A DNA stretch of 64,000 nt, taken from positions 246,264,001 to 246,328,000 of the forward strand of contig OZ024742.1 of assembly GCA_964016885.1 (NCBI GenBank), written 5' to 3'. Each line of letters begins with the position of its first letter. Positions within the stretch are counted from its first letter, which is position 1. Below the pieces are notes generated by a model, which was given only the letters and a program-made list of their open reading frames with translations, was not told the DNA's origin and ran no database searches. This stretch comes from Eledone cirrhosa. Its lineage: Eukaryota. The position numbers and the translations under genes are program-made. Shown here piece after piece: positions 13,016 through 25,529 of the stretch.

Positions 13016-13306
13016 GCTATTATGTTTCCTCCCGTTGTATTGTATGCCTACGCCATCTTTATTCAGTCTGTTTATTTATATATATATATATATTCGTTAG
13101 TAGTGGGGTTCCTTCTTTCTCACACCTCATTCACGGCGTACGGTCTGTTTTTCTGACCGCTCATGAAATTCACCCAGCTTATGCTGAACGGATAACCATG
13201 TTGCTTGCTGTTTTCCGACCTTCGGTTTGCTTTTCCTTCTTGTTGTTTACTTGTCTCACTCACTTTACGCGATTCACTTGTCCCAATAGCTTATTTTAGT
13301 TATTGC

Positions 13307-13381
13307 TCGCACCAACCTGAGGTATCTGATTTTTAATGCGATGAAATACCAATGATGGTTGGCAAATCACTGATGAGGGAC
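13307..13381 (+). ncRNA. Candidate non-circularly permuted hammerhead ribozyme, copy A
   Basis: TCGCA-CCAACC-tga-GGTAT-C-TGATTT-ttaa-TGCGA-T-GAA-ATACC-aatgat-GGTTGG-c-AAATCA-CTGATGA-G. All core nucleotides are present and four helices can form. Confidence 0.7.
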
Positions 13382-13436
13382 TAATTTTATAATATGTAAC
13401 CCATGTGCAACCACGCAGTATTCCTCTTCCCTTGTT

Positions 13437-13483
<47 letters not shown>

Positions 13484-13506
13484 CGGCACTAGCTGAGCTT
13501 GTACAT

Positions 13507-13537
<31 letters not shown>

Positions 13538-13608
13538 TTATTTAGTCTATTTATTTATTTATATATATATACATATATATAGGATCGGCACTAGCTGAGC
13601 TTGTACAT

Positions 13609-13648
<40 letters not shown>

Positions 13649-13715
13649 AAAGAAAAAGAAAATGTTCGCTCTACATGGCTGAATACAATAAATGTAATCT
13701 GAGTTTTTCGAATAT

Positions 13716-13897
13716 TAATAATTGTTTCTACATTTGGCACAAGGCCAGCAATTACTCAGTGCATTACTGGTACTTTATTTTATCGACCCGTAAGGATGAA
13801 AAGCAAAATTAACCTTGGCGGGATTTGAACTCAGAATGGCAAGGGCCGTAACTCTATGCGTCAAAGCATGGCGTCCGACCCTCTACCGATGCTGCCA
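13716..13897 (-). mobile_element. Family A SINE
   Basis: Reverse complement of the SINE consensus. A further degenerate copy lies at about 14030-14150. Confidence 0.9.
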
Positions 13898-14491
13898 TAT
13901 AATAACATTCGATTCGTTTGCAATTATGCAAACAAGCCTCAATTTTATAGCCATGTCAGTAGAATGAACCCTTCATTCTTGCTCTTGTGTTGGCATGTAT
14001 ATGAAAGTCGTTTTTAAATAGGTCCTTGTACGTTACATGTACTTTATTTTATGATCGACCCCGAAAGGATGAAAGGCAAAGCTAAACTTCGCGAGATGTG
14101 AACTCAAAACGTAAAGGGACGTAACTCTGTGTCACAAAGTATGTCCAAGCAACAGAAAAGAACTATTTTGAACCTAAACTACCTCCTCAAACCAAATCTA
14201 TACGTCTGCTGAGCAGATCTATACTGGAATCAAATCTATTATATCGATTAGGACCTAGAACCAATCTTCTTCGAAGCACGTGTTGCATTCGATAATGAAT
14301 CAAAATATTTTAAAGTGAAACACTGCGTTCTTAAAAGGATGATGTTAGTAATCTAACACGTTGTGTTTATGAGGTTATTTGCTTGCTAACAAACTGAATA
14401 TTAATAATATTATGATATTATTATAATATTATTTTTATTCACTCACGAATACATTTAAGTATCCACCACGTTAAGAGCGAAAACAAATTTT

Positions 14492-14538
<47 letters not shown>

Positions 14539-14606
14539 TGAAAAATGGCGTGCTGCGTTGTTGCGAATATGAATATATGAATGAAAATAGACCGAGAAAC
14601 AAGAAT

Positions 14607-14678
14607 GTCCATCATCAGTAGCCTGCTGATTATCATTGGTATTTCTTCGCATTAAAGACTAGATACCTAAAATCAGTG

Positions 14679-14681
<3 letters not shown>
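14607..14681 (-). ncRNA. Candidate non-circularly permuted hammerhead ribozyme, copy B (diverged)
   Basis: Minus strand reads TCGCA-CTGATT-tta-GGTAT-C-TAGTCT-ttaa-TGCGA-A-GAA-ATACC-aatgat-AATCAG-c-AGGCTA-CTGATGA-T, with compensatory changes relative to copy A. Confidence 0.7.
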
Positions 14682-14751
<70 letters not shown>

Positions 14752-14754
<3 letters not shown>

Positions 14755-14853
14755 CAAAGGAGCGGTAAAATACCAGGTGGACCAAAACGCATCAGAGTAC
14801 TTGATAATTAGGGTAGTAGAGTAGACTCTTTTCATAGAGTAGACTCTTTTCAT
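14752..14853 (-). mobile_element. Tail-only copy of the fold-back family
   Basis: CCAGGTGGACCAAAACGCATCAGAGTACTTGATAATTAGGGTAGTAGAGT matches the tails at 44168 and 53968. It lies between (TA)n tracts. Confidence 0.75.
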
Positions 14854-16899
14854 ATATATTTATATTAATGTGTGCGTGTGCGCGTGCGCGCGTGTGTGTG
14901 TGTGTTATGGTAATTTCGTGTTAATAAAACCATTATTAGTTTTCAAGTGTAGATTAATAAATACTTGTGAAAGCAGGATTGAACACTCCACATAGTAGAG
15001 CTCCTCTGTTATTATATAATGTCACGTAAGTTTCTGTACGACAAAGTGTGGGTATAATATTGAATTAGAAGGCAGTGTCTTAAAATTTTACCACATTCTA
15101 TTTATTATATAATCACTGTTATATGTATTTCGATGGTACCTGTTATGTAATCCTCAAACTCGATCTCATCAGACAGTTTTTCCCTAGCATAAACATTAGT
15201 GATGTAAGTTCTTATGCGATATATCAGCTGGTGGGCTTAAATGCTGTTTCCCCACCGCTCAACTACCATATGCCAACTTTATGTGTTTAAGAATTGTAAT
15301 TTCCATGCATAACAGTGGTTGTTTGACATGAAACCTACCTTCAAGTGATATATTAAGTGTTGCAGATATAGCAACTGAAGTACACTGCTTGAAATAGTAT
15401 TTAGTATTTCCTGCTACAATTATCACCGCTATGGCTATCTTGTGGCTTATGGCTTGACGTTCTAACAGGTACACATTTGATCTACGATTTTTGTTCTTCA
15501 TAGGTAGTACTAGGAAATAGAACATATTTAGAGGGTTATAGATAAAATGTTGATTTCGTAATGGGCTGGTTGCCTGAAGGATTTGTTCATTTATAGTGGT
15601 AGTAGTGAAATGCGAAGTTGATGAGTGAGTAATGAGCTTGCAGTTTGAGTCATGGAAAGTGACGTGCGTCTCAGTGAGTCGAGAGACGTTTTGCTCTGTT
15701 CGAGGAAAGAATTAGTTCTACTCACTTGTTGTGGTGTGAAGTGACATTACCGTAGGGAAGATGATTTTCCCAAATACATGGATAAGAATTAACAAATCAA
15801 TAATTCTAATGTTTTTATTTATAACATGATTTACTTCAAAATCATGTGCAGTAATGAACAACGGAAAATGATTCAAATGTAGTGGTGTGTTATGTGTGCG
15901 AATGTAGAATTCCAAAGTAGTAAATTTACTAACCTATGATGTTGGTAGCAAGCTCAGCTAATGCCGATCCCAACAGGGTTGGCTAGCATGTGTGAGTGTC
16001 TGTGTGCTGACCAAACAAACTGTCTGTCTGTTACAGAGTCAAAAAGCAGATTCATTTGGGTAGTCAAAATCTCTTATATATATAAGGATTAGGTTGCCCA
16101 GAAACGTTAAACAAATGGCCTTTAGAACTGTCTTCTTTTCGAAACATCTGGCGTCGTGAGCCTCCTACAAGAGAACAAAAGTAGCTGCTCTACTTGGAGC
16201 GACTCACTGATCTCCGAGTAACGCACTCTATCGAATAACGTTATTCCAAAGACCCCCCCCCACACACACACACACCCACACCCACCCGGAGAAACCCCAT
16301 ACAATATCCCTCAGATACAATATCTCAGTAAAACAACATGCAACACGTTTGGAAAAGATCACCAAATGAATTACAAAACGAACCACTATATATAAACAGA
16401 AAAGTACAGTAAGAAGAGAAAATATTACATATATAATTTAATCTTCATAAAACAAACGCATTAAGACATATGACACAAAACAAATACTGATCGAATGACC
16501 TGGAAACAAGCCTAAAAACACAGCAATAAAAAAAGGAAACGAAACAAAATCGAACAAACGAAAACAATATTTATTTATTGATGGTTCATTTCTCTGTTTT
16601 AGCTTCTCCCGACTTCCTACCCCTGTATAGTGGGCCTCTCACACATTCCTCTGACCATCTTCCCCGTCATCCACACGATAGTCAGGTTAAATTAAACTTT
16701 GGTGGTCGGCAAAAAGAGTATTATTATAGAAAAACACCCCACCGATTTCAGTGGAAAATGATATTTTCCTTCGTTTTTATCCCCGTGCGCTTTCAATTAA
16801 GCTTACCTTCTAAAATGCTGCAAATGACTTTTTTCCTGGAAAAGCGAAGGAGAAGAGGGGGATCGGACTTACCCCAGCCCCTCAGAGTTTTCCTTATCA

Positions 16900-19430
16900 T
16901 TTTCCCCTTGTAACCAATATCACTTCAACTCCGACTTACTTCGCAGGGCAGAACCTTGTTCTGATGGGCATCTTCCTGTTGAGGATTTTTCCACCGCTCT
17001 CCGATGTTTATCCAAGTTGAAGCCCACCAACCGGGCTCCAAAGGGAACTCGGAATTGTTTCGCACGTGCTCTCTCCAAACTGTTGAGGAACGTTTGCCTA
17101 ACCAACAACACCTCGTATTGGCAGAAACTGTTTTTATTTTCTCACGTATCTCTCCATATGCCTAATGTGAAAACTAGTTACTCCTAATCTTCCCTAAAGC
17201 AACAGATCGAGTTGTTTGGGTCCACCCCAGTCACTGTTCATTTCAGATCGGATATAAGCACTGTTCCTAACAATAGACGATCTCCAAACCTCAAAGAAAG
17301 CTGCCAATGCCAAATTCAACGAATTTGACATTAAAGGAGCTGTTCGCTCCATCTCATCTTCCCTTGCCCACTGTAATCAGATTCCCTCGAACGATTGAGA
17401 GAGAACATCCTCCAGTCACTCCAGTTTTTACATTATTTCCTGCGAAATCTAGTGCGACGATTAATTATCTACGCCCATGGCATCTTAAGGATAGGATATC
17501 AATATCGCCATGTGATGCAGGCCTCGAGCTCTTGGAGAATCTGTTCCAGTTTGTCCACATGTTCTCATCCGAGAGTGTTCTCCCCAATATTCGCCCATTG
17601 TTCTTTGGGGCTAAACTGCTTGGCTCCGCAAAGTCCAATGGCTACCTCCGCTCCATTGGAATTGGATGCACTCTGCGACGGCTAACAGCAAAAGCGTGAC
17701 TGTCATCGGTCTCAGACTGCCTGTCTGCAGAATTTTCCCCTACTCAGCTAGAGGTGGGTACCAAGCTAGGTTGTGAGGCAGCCGTCCATGTTACAAGAGC
17801 TTTTACCAACTTGCTTTCTGAAATCCCCAAGATTATCCTCAAACTTTATCTCAAGAATGTCCTCAACACCATTTGTCGTAATGTCATCCTCCGCTCAGTA
17901 AAGAGGAAGGTGCCACAACTCTACCACTTCGCTTGGTTATCGAGAGCCCTCATACTTCTTTGGTGATCAATTCATTATATCCACCCCAGAAGTCCAACAA
18001 GGTGACTCGCTTGAACCTGGTCTATTTGCAAGGGACATCAATGGGGTTACTAAGATAGGAACTGTCATGGATTTGAATGCTTGGTATCTTGATGATTGAT
18101 TTTTTTAAAGGGGGGGGGGGGGGGGCATCCAGATAAAGTCTTTGCAACTGCGAAGACGCTGATTGAGGAACTTGGTTGTAGGTGCCACCATGTCAACAGT
18201 TCGAATTCGAAATGCAAGCTATGGGTCATCAACCACCTAGCTTCACAACATCAGCCAATTCTTGACCTGTTTACAGAATCCGTCTCTTCTATCGGCACGG
18301 TGCTCCCTGGGATCCCCAATTACTGAACCTAGATTTCAAGCCAGTATTTCTATCCAAGACGGCTAACCTCGAGCAACTACTAAAAATTAATAAGGAAATT
18401 GAGATCCATCAAGGTTTTTTTTTAATACATAGAAATTTCTATCGATTCCTAAGTTATATGGTCAGTCAGTTCCCCCGCCCCTACATTCTCGTCATCTCTC
18501 CAATGCTTTGACGACTTAATCTTTGGTAAACGTGAATGCTTGGTCCACACCAGGCTGCGTTGCCCAAACAATTTGGGTGCCTAGGTCTGCGTAAATACTT
18601 GTCTCTGTTTCTTCCCTGCTTTCTTGCCCCCCTCTGGTAAGTAACATCCTTTCCTTTCCAGCTTCCAATAGTTTTAACAGGCATATGGATGAAGCTCTAC
18701 TACAGTGAGAGGAGCCAGGTTTGTCAGTTCTTGGTATAGAGTAGGTTATACTGAAATATAGAGTTTAGAACAATTTATGTTTGAGGCACTTTCAACTCTC
18801 TTTGATTAATCTGATAAATTCTCAAAGTGCCGCCTACATTCCATCGGTAGTATACATCTCCATTGGAATCAAAGTAGCCAATGTCTGCGCTGGACTTAAA
18901 TGTCGCTGTTGTAGGACCTCTGATTCCACAAGTCTTCGTGGTTTGACTTGCTGCCTGAATGCAGGTCGCTTCGTTCGCCATTCTGAACCAAACTTAATTA
19001 TTAAGCGGGCCCTAGCTCGAGTAAATATGCCCTCAATTCAGAGTTGCTGGGAAGAGACCAGATGCTCTTACGTCCCTGGTTAAGAGGTAGATGTCTCATT
19101 TGGGACACCACAGTCAGTGACTCTTTTGCTCCTTCCCACCAGGATGTTGCGGTAAAAATGAGTCATTGCTTCTGTAACCGAACGGAATAAAAAATCTAAA
19201 ATACCAGGAACTATCGGTAAACTAACCCCCACCCCCAGCCAGTACCATTTGAGGCGTTTGGGGGAGTTGGGCCGCTAACAACGAAGTTTTTGTCATTATT
19301 GGCGGCTCACCTTACCGAGGTATCAAATGATGTCCGTGAAGGTGTTTAGTTGTTTCAGCGTCTTATCCTCGCTATGACCCGCGGTAATAGTGCCAGCGTG
19401 TTGGCTTGCCCGCAAAAGTAGATTTAGTGT
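16900..19430 (+). mobile_element. Degenerate CRE-clade non-LTR retrotransposon (RT, zinc knuckle, restriction-like endonuclease)
   Basis: Motifs 'PLFFGAKLL..KSNG.LRSIGIGCTLRRLTAK', 'GTKLGCEAAVH', QQGD, WYLDD, a C/H-rich segment 'CRCC...LTCCLNAGRFVRH', 'WDTTVSDSFAPSH' and 'FQRL..AMTRGNSA'. It has many stops and frameshifts. Confidence 0.85.
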
Positions 19431-19609
19431 TGAATTAATATTTTGTTTAGTTTTAATTCTATATTTTATGTGAAATATCCATAGGATTGCGCCCCAAAAC
19501 CTGTTTAACTGTTAGGTTGCTGTAGATATCAAAATAGCGTCAGGTAGTTCAACTCATATATGTTATAGTGTGTCTAAGTCTAAAGTCTGTCTTAAGCCAT
19601 TTAAGGCTC

Positions 19610-19872
19610 GTTAGGCTGGTGCTTGCTTATCCAGGTTTCATGGCGTGAAGCAACTGGGAATACAAGACTCCCCCGCCCCTGGACAGGACGCCAGTTCATC
19701 ACAGGGTTGAACCTCCCATCTATTGCTGGTACTAATTTTCAGCTGGGTATTCTGGAGCAACGTGAAATGAAGTGTTTTACTCAAGAACACAAAACGCAAC
19801 CCAGCCCAGGGATCGAACCCACGACATTATGATCGTACGTCCAACACCCTCACCACCAAGCCACACGTCAGC
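19610..19872 (-). mobile_element. tRNA-derived SINE, family B
   Basis: Minus strand has TGGCTTGGTGG (A box) and GGTTCGATCCC (B box), then GTGTTCTTGAGTAAAACACTTCATTTCACGTTGCTCCAG, which is shared with 38095-38400. Confidence 0.8.
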
Positions 19873-20389
19873 ACTTATATTGTGTGCGTGTTTTTTTTAT
19901 CTGGACTCTACCTTTCTATACTCGTGCACAATTTTCGTTTATCCAATTTCATAATAGCTGCTCCGTAACCGACTGCCATACAATGTGAAACTACAACTAT
20001 TTCACGATCATCAAAAATATTGATTGATTTACTGTTATAACAACATATATGTTTATTAATACTTACGCTGTACAAAATATTTATTTTCAGCCGTAGAAAA
20101 GTTTTTTTAATTTTTTTTACCTAATTGACTATATTAGCTCTTGTTGTATAAGACTAATCTGAATCCGAGACACTCGGGTTGTTTACTGTACTCTGTTCAA
20201 AATTGGTGTTGCGTCGTTGATATTTTTTTTTAATGTAATATGAAGTCATCACCTCCAGCAGCGCTAGCAACGGTTGCTCCTAGAAACGAAGGCTGCCAAA
20301 ACAGTTGATTTGTTCAAATGATAAGGCCATCGGTCAGTGTCTAGTCAGATAGCTTTAAATTGTAGTAACACTGTATATTTCCAGAATAT

Positions 20390-20925
20390 GAAATTTATTC
20401 AAAAGCAAAAAAAACAAACCTTATTTAGTAAGAAAAAATAAAAAAAGAGGGGAAAAAAAGGAAAGAAAGAATAGGGAAAAATAGAAAAAAAAAAGAGAAA
20501 GAAAGAAGAAAAAGAACGGAAAGGGGATGGGATGGAAAGAGCTCTGGTGTCACAGAAGAAAGGGGTAAGGGAGGGGGTGATTGGGCTTTGGGTCTAGGGC
20601 AAGGGGGCAGGAGTGCTGCATCCCGCAGACAAGACGGCAAAAGCATTCCCCCGGCCGATGGCTAGTGACACCAGCTACAACAGCCACCCAACCTCACGAG
20701 GCTCCTTCCTCAGACGGGCCGCCGACGCTCCGATCAGTACGGGGTCCAAGTACGCCTGAGGTATCAACGGCGACCGTTGCGAAGAGGACGCGGCCGGACA
20801 AACCCCGGTATTTGTTTATTTTACGTTCTTCTGCGAGGCGGGCTGCGATACCGGGGTTTGTGGCCGAAACGACTAAGTTGGAGGCGGAGAATGTGTCGCA
20901 GCAGGTGGGTAGTTGCCTAAGCAAC
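20390..20925 (-). mobile_element. CRE-clade 3' fragment (RLE domain and 3' UTR)
   Basis: Peptide TCCDTFSASN...AARLAEERKINKYRGL...VAVDTSGVLGP, then a pyrimidine-rich UTR and AATAAA. Confidence 0.85.
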
Positions 20926-22044
20926 TTTCCAAAGTAATCTTCTCTCCTTTACTCAGAGTATACCGCCACTCTCTCTTTCATGCTTGCTTTTGTCAATCAC
21001 TAACCCCCCTCTCTTTCTCATACTTTTGTGTGTTTTTTCTCACATAGTATACAATTTGCATTGTAAAAGAATTTATTGAAAATAATATAACTCATTGAAC
21101 AATAATTATAAAGGAAAAAGAAGGGCGGGGGGCAATTCACGACTAAGTGCGACAATCAGTCGCACCTCACAACTTAGGGGCTAACTAAACACTTTGAGGC
21201 ATGCCAACACGCTCGCAGCATTAGCTGATATACACACACTGTCACACTTAACCGTCAATGTATATCATATATCTTAACCAATAATCCTTTTGGCACCTTT
21301 CTATTTATTTACACTAGGTTTCACTATCTATAGCTAATGTTTCTAATAGTTGTATCATAGTATTAGTATTATTACTTATATAGCTATAATACAGGTAAAT
21401 ACAAATGAAGAAATAAGTAAATAAGTGTTGATGTTCTTTCTCTCTCTTTAACTCACTACCTCTGTCTCTCTCGGTCTCCCCACCTATCACTATTATAAAC
21501 AAATGAGGGCCCGCGCGCTGGCCGTCCGGCGGCTCCAGCGGACAGTATAGAGAAGGCGTTCTCTCGGAGGATAGTGAGGAAGACGCGTTGTAATAGTCAT
21601 TCCAGCTCGAGAGGCACACACCTGCGGGTAGCCAATCGCGTGCAGATGGTAGTATATTTTCTTCTTTATTTATCTGACTCCCCCACCACTTACTCTTGGG
21701 TCTCGAATAATCGACACCCCCCCCCCCTCCCTATTGCTTATTAATTTTTCAGATTTTTTTCCAATCCTGCAGCCCTTATTCCAATACCACACCCGTTTAT
21801 TAAATTTTATTAATCTATCTCCGGCGAAATTTTATTTTAAGTGGTAGCATTCCTGCGACAATTAATTTTCTTTATACATTAAAAAACATTATACGTGACA
21901 AAAAAAAAAGAACATTACAAGGAATTTCATACTTAATAAATTAAATATGGCTGGGTTGGAGCTTCAATATGTAAACTAAACGACTAATTCTGATTTAAAA
22001 GAAAAATCAGCAGAGACAACCTAGAAAAATTACCCATTAGGGAC

Positions 22045-22715
22045 CTCACGGGGTCGATAAAATAAAGTACCAGTAATGCACTGAGGGTCGATTTAATCGA
22101 CTTTCTTCTCCGCCCAAATCGCTGGCCTTATGCTTAAGCCAGAAACCGTTATTAAGATAGATAGAACATAGAATTCTATAGTAATAGGGGAGCAAACGAC
22201 AATGCCTTTGAAATGAGACTAATTCTTGGTTGTATTCAGTGTGTTGATCCTATAAATAACATCAATGTTGTCCTATCATCGCAAATCAATTAATGTTGTG
22301 CTATTTTGAAACAGAAGTCATTCCAATATTAATTGTTTCTACTTTTTGGCACAAGGCCAGCAATTACCCAGTGCATTACTGGTACTTTATTTTATCGACC
22401 CCGTAAGGATGAAAGGCAAAGTCAACCTCAGCGGGATTTGAACTCAGATCGTTAAGGGACGTAACTATGCTGGAAAGCATGGCTTCCGACCCTCTACCGA
22501 TACTGCCAATCCTCCAATATTAATGCTATTAATATATCACATTATTAGGATGATAGATAAAATCAGTAGAGAGACATATAAAATGCTATTGCGGTATGTG
22601 TTGCGGCTCTTTACATTCTGAGTTCAAATCCTGCCGAGGTCAATTTTGCTTTTCATCCCTCCGGGGTCAATAAAATAAAATACTAGTCAAATACTGAGGT
22701 TGATTTAATTAACTC
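22045..22715. mobile_element. Cluster of three family A SINEs (+ fragment 22045-22155, - 22330-22515, + 22580-22715)
   Basis: The SINE central block is seen three times, on both strands. Confidence 0.85.
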
Positions 22716-22894
22716 CTTTTGTTATATATAGACACGTAACTCACGAGGGAGCCGTAGGGGGCGCTATATTGATATACAGCATTTTAAAGGCATTTTTTAA
22801 AACCTGGCGGAACCCACTTCCTCTCCTAAGACTTCTTTTTAAAGCTGCGTGTTCTTTAAAAACAAAAGAATTGTATATTCAGAAGGTAATTAGC

Positions 22895-23032
22895 CAGTGC
22901 CGGATTTACCATTGTGCTTAAGCACCACAGGGGTCGGGGTGCATCTTCCTGCCCCCAAACATTTTTACGATGAATTTTTCAAATTCATAACTTAACTAGC
23001 ATAGGGCCTCATTTGTCCTTAATCCGACACTG
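22895..23032. mobile_element. Small MITE with CAGTGCCGGATT / AATCCGACACTG termini
   Basis: 12-bp TIR with one mismatch. Confidence 0.6.
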
Positions 23033-23601
23033 TTTTTAGCATTTAACCAAACACAAAATAAATGCACACTATGTATTACATTATTTTATTGCAATAGATG
23101 AGTTATTGTGGATACTACCTTTTCTCTAGAAATTTTAAGTTGACCTTATGTAGTCTAAATGAAGAGAGATTATAATTGTGTAGACACTCATCCTTGCTTT
23201 TTATTTAATAGACTGGCTTTTAACTGTCCTGTTTCCTCATATTTAAGATTTTCTTTTGTATACGCATTCATTATAATATTATTTTAAATCTTAAGTTGTT
23301 CGCACGTCGGTAGTCACTAGTTTAGTGATTAGGTTAACGTAGAGTGATCAGCCATTAAGTGATGAATGATTTAATGATAGTTTAAGATAATCACCAATTA
23401 ATTATGTTAGAAAGGCAATTACTTCAGAGAATTAGCGTGCAATGGAGGAAGAAGAAAAAAGAACGGATTTGGCTTTAACATCATAATAGAAAATAGAATG
23501 TTTTCATCAGCAGTAAACATAGAAATAGAGTTCATCTGTATGTATGTGTTATTACATAAATGAATATATATGGGTATTCCTAAGGTCAGCTGGTATTTAC
23601 A

Positions 23602-24065
23602 TTGGCAGTATCGGTAGAGCGTCGGAGAACATGCCTTGTAGCCTATAGTTACGTCATTTTACGTTCCGAGTTCAAATCCTGTCGAGATTAGGCTTTGCCT
23701 TTCATCCTTACAGGGTCGATAAAATAAAGTACCAGTAATGCACTGAGGTTGATTTAATCGACTTTCCTCTCCCCCAAAATTGCCAGCCTTGTGCTTAAAT
23801 CAGAAACCGTTATTAAGACATATAGAACACAGTATTCTATGGTAATAGGGGACCAAACGACAATGCGGCAGAAGCATTTTTCGAAGGCGTAGAAAATGTT
23901 TCAATTAATTTTTCTACATTTGGCACAAAGTCAGCAATTTGAAGGGGAAAGTCGATTAAGGATGAAAGGCAAAGCTAACCTCAGCGGGATTTGAACTCAG
24001 AACGTAAGGGGCTGTAACTCTAAACTGCAAGAAATGTTAACCGACGCTCTGCCGATACTACCAGT
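23602..24065. mobile_element. Two family A SINEs (+ 23602-23815, - 23905-24065)
   Basis: Match to the SINE consensus. Confidence 0.85.
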
Positions 24066-24179
24066 ATACCGCACTCCGTTATGTTGACAAGAGCATGAAA
24101 ACCAAATGATTCTAATAAGTCAACTTTTTATCGCTAGTTTGTTGTGTCTGTGTGTTCGGTTAGTGAGAGTTTAATATTA

Positions 24180-24445
24180 GGTATGTATTTGTACCCAATG
24201 GTGAGAAAGTGACGTCCGAACGAGTATCCTCCACTACTAACTTACTCTCAGGCTCTGAGTCCTGGCCCACAAGATGGAGAATATATTGCTCCGGAGGGCG
24301 GGGAGGGAGACGGGCTGGAACAATCACTCTATCTCGCGGGCGTCCAACTTCGCTCCAGTAACAATGAGTAGGGATGTGGTCCGTGGGCCAAGAACGCCGG
24401 AAGTTTCCACTGGTACTGGCTCTACCACAAACCTGTCTGGGGACG
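24180..24445 (-). mobile_element. CRE-clade 3' fragment
   Basis: Peptide 'PVETSGVLGPRTTSLL...GAKL', same family as 48053-48260. Confidence 0.8.
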
Positions 24446-24622
24446 TACATGTATGTCGTAGTTGTGGTGGTTGTAGTAATATAGTAGTAGAAGTAGCAGC
24501 AACAGCCAACAAGATTATGGAAACACATACTTGCTACAACAGTAATATTGATTTATAATTTAGGCACAAGGGCTGCAAATTTTAGGGCAAGTATGTAGTT
24601 GATTACTTCAACCAGTACTTGA

Positions 24623-25186
24623 CCCTTTAGCATTTACATTACTCTATATTTACTACTAGCAGATTTACCCGGCGTTGCCCGGGGTTTGAAATGCAACAAA
24701 GAATAAACAAGAAACAAACGATAATATTAGTGATTTATCTTCAAATAAATCTGATGTTTATATTTCTGTCAATAAAGTTGGTTATCTCCCTTACATCAAT
24801 TTTGCTATCAATAATTTTGATATCGATTTTTTATTGCTCAACGTGGGTTGATTTGAAAAATGTTTGTAATGTGACGATCTTAGGGACCTGTGCAACGAGC
24901 ACAGAAAATTTGGTCAAATTCGGTTGGTAATTGTAAAAGCCTTAGGTATCCAAAGTTGTACACAGACACACACACATCCTCGCTTTTATATATATAGATT
25001 ATATTTTCATGGTAAAGGCTTTACTTCCCATAATTATCTCACATAACATCGAATCTATGAGATTTTGATATTATTTATTTTGAGAACAATACTTTAACAT
25101 CAGTATGAGCGGACGGTTACAGCCGGTTTGAACAGAAAGAGGTGAGAGAATTCTGGTCGGATATGGCCGGTTTAAATGCTAAAGGG
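24623..25186. mobile_element. piggyBac-like MITE inserted in a SINE and interrupted by a Helitron
   Basis: Termini CCCTTTAGCATTTA / TAAATGCTAAAGGG with TTGA / TTAA flanks. The internal sequence matches 58174-58394. Confidence 0.85.
24656..24998 (-). mobile_element. Non-autonomous Helitron (343 bp)
   Basis: Minus strand reads A|TCTATATATATAAAA...CCCGGGCAACGCCGGG hairpin...CTAG|T. No TSD is present, and the host MITE rejoins cleanly across it. Confidence 0.9.
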
Positions 25187-25529
25187 TTAACTGGTACTAT
25201 TTTTTATCAAGCCCAGGTGGTTAAGAGGCAAAGGTGACCTCGGTGGGATTTTAACTAAGAGAGCTGGAACGAATACCTGAAAGTATCCTGTTCGCTCATC
25301 CTTTTGAGGTTGATAAAAAATTTAAAAAACAGCCTACTACTGTGATCGACATTTCCTCTACATATTTTTCTTACTTCACTTCTCTTTTCACCCCCCCCCC
25401 CTCTCTGGAAGAAATCAACTGTGTTCAGATCTGGAGAGGGGGTGAGCTCCGCCAGGTTTTAAATGCCCAGAACACGCTGCATGTCAAAACAGCGCCCTTA
25501 CGACTCCAACAGGAGTGACGGATCCATAC

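Noticed and set aside
13337-13405. SECIS or box C/D snoRNA reading of the ATGAT...CTGA motifs
   Set aside because: There is no SECIS-length helix with a 3' GA and no terminal C/D stem. The covarying helices fit hammerhead geometry better.
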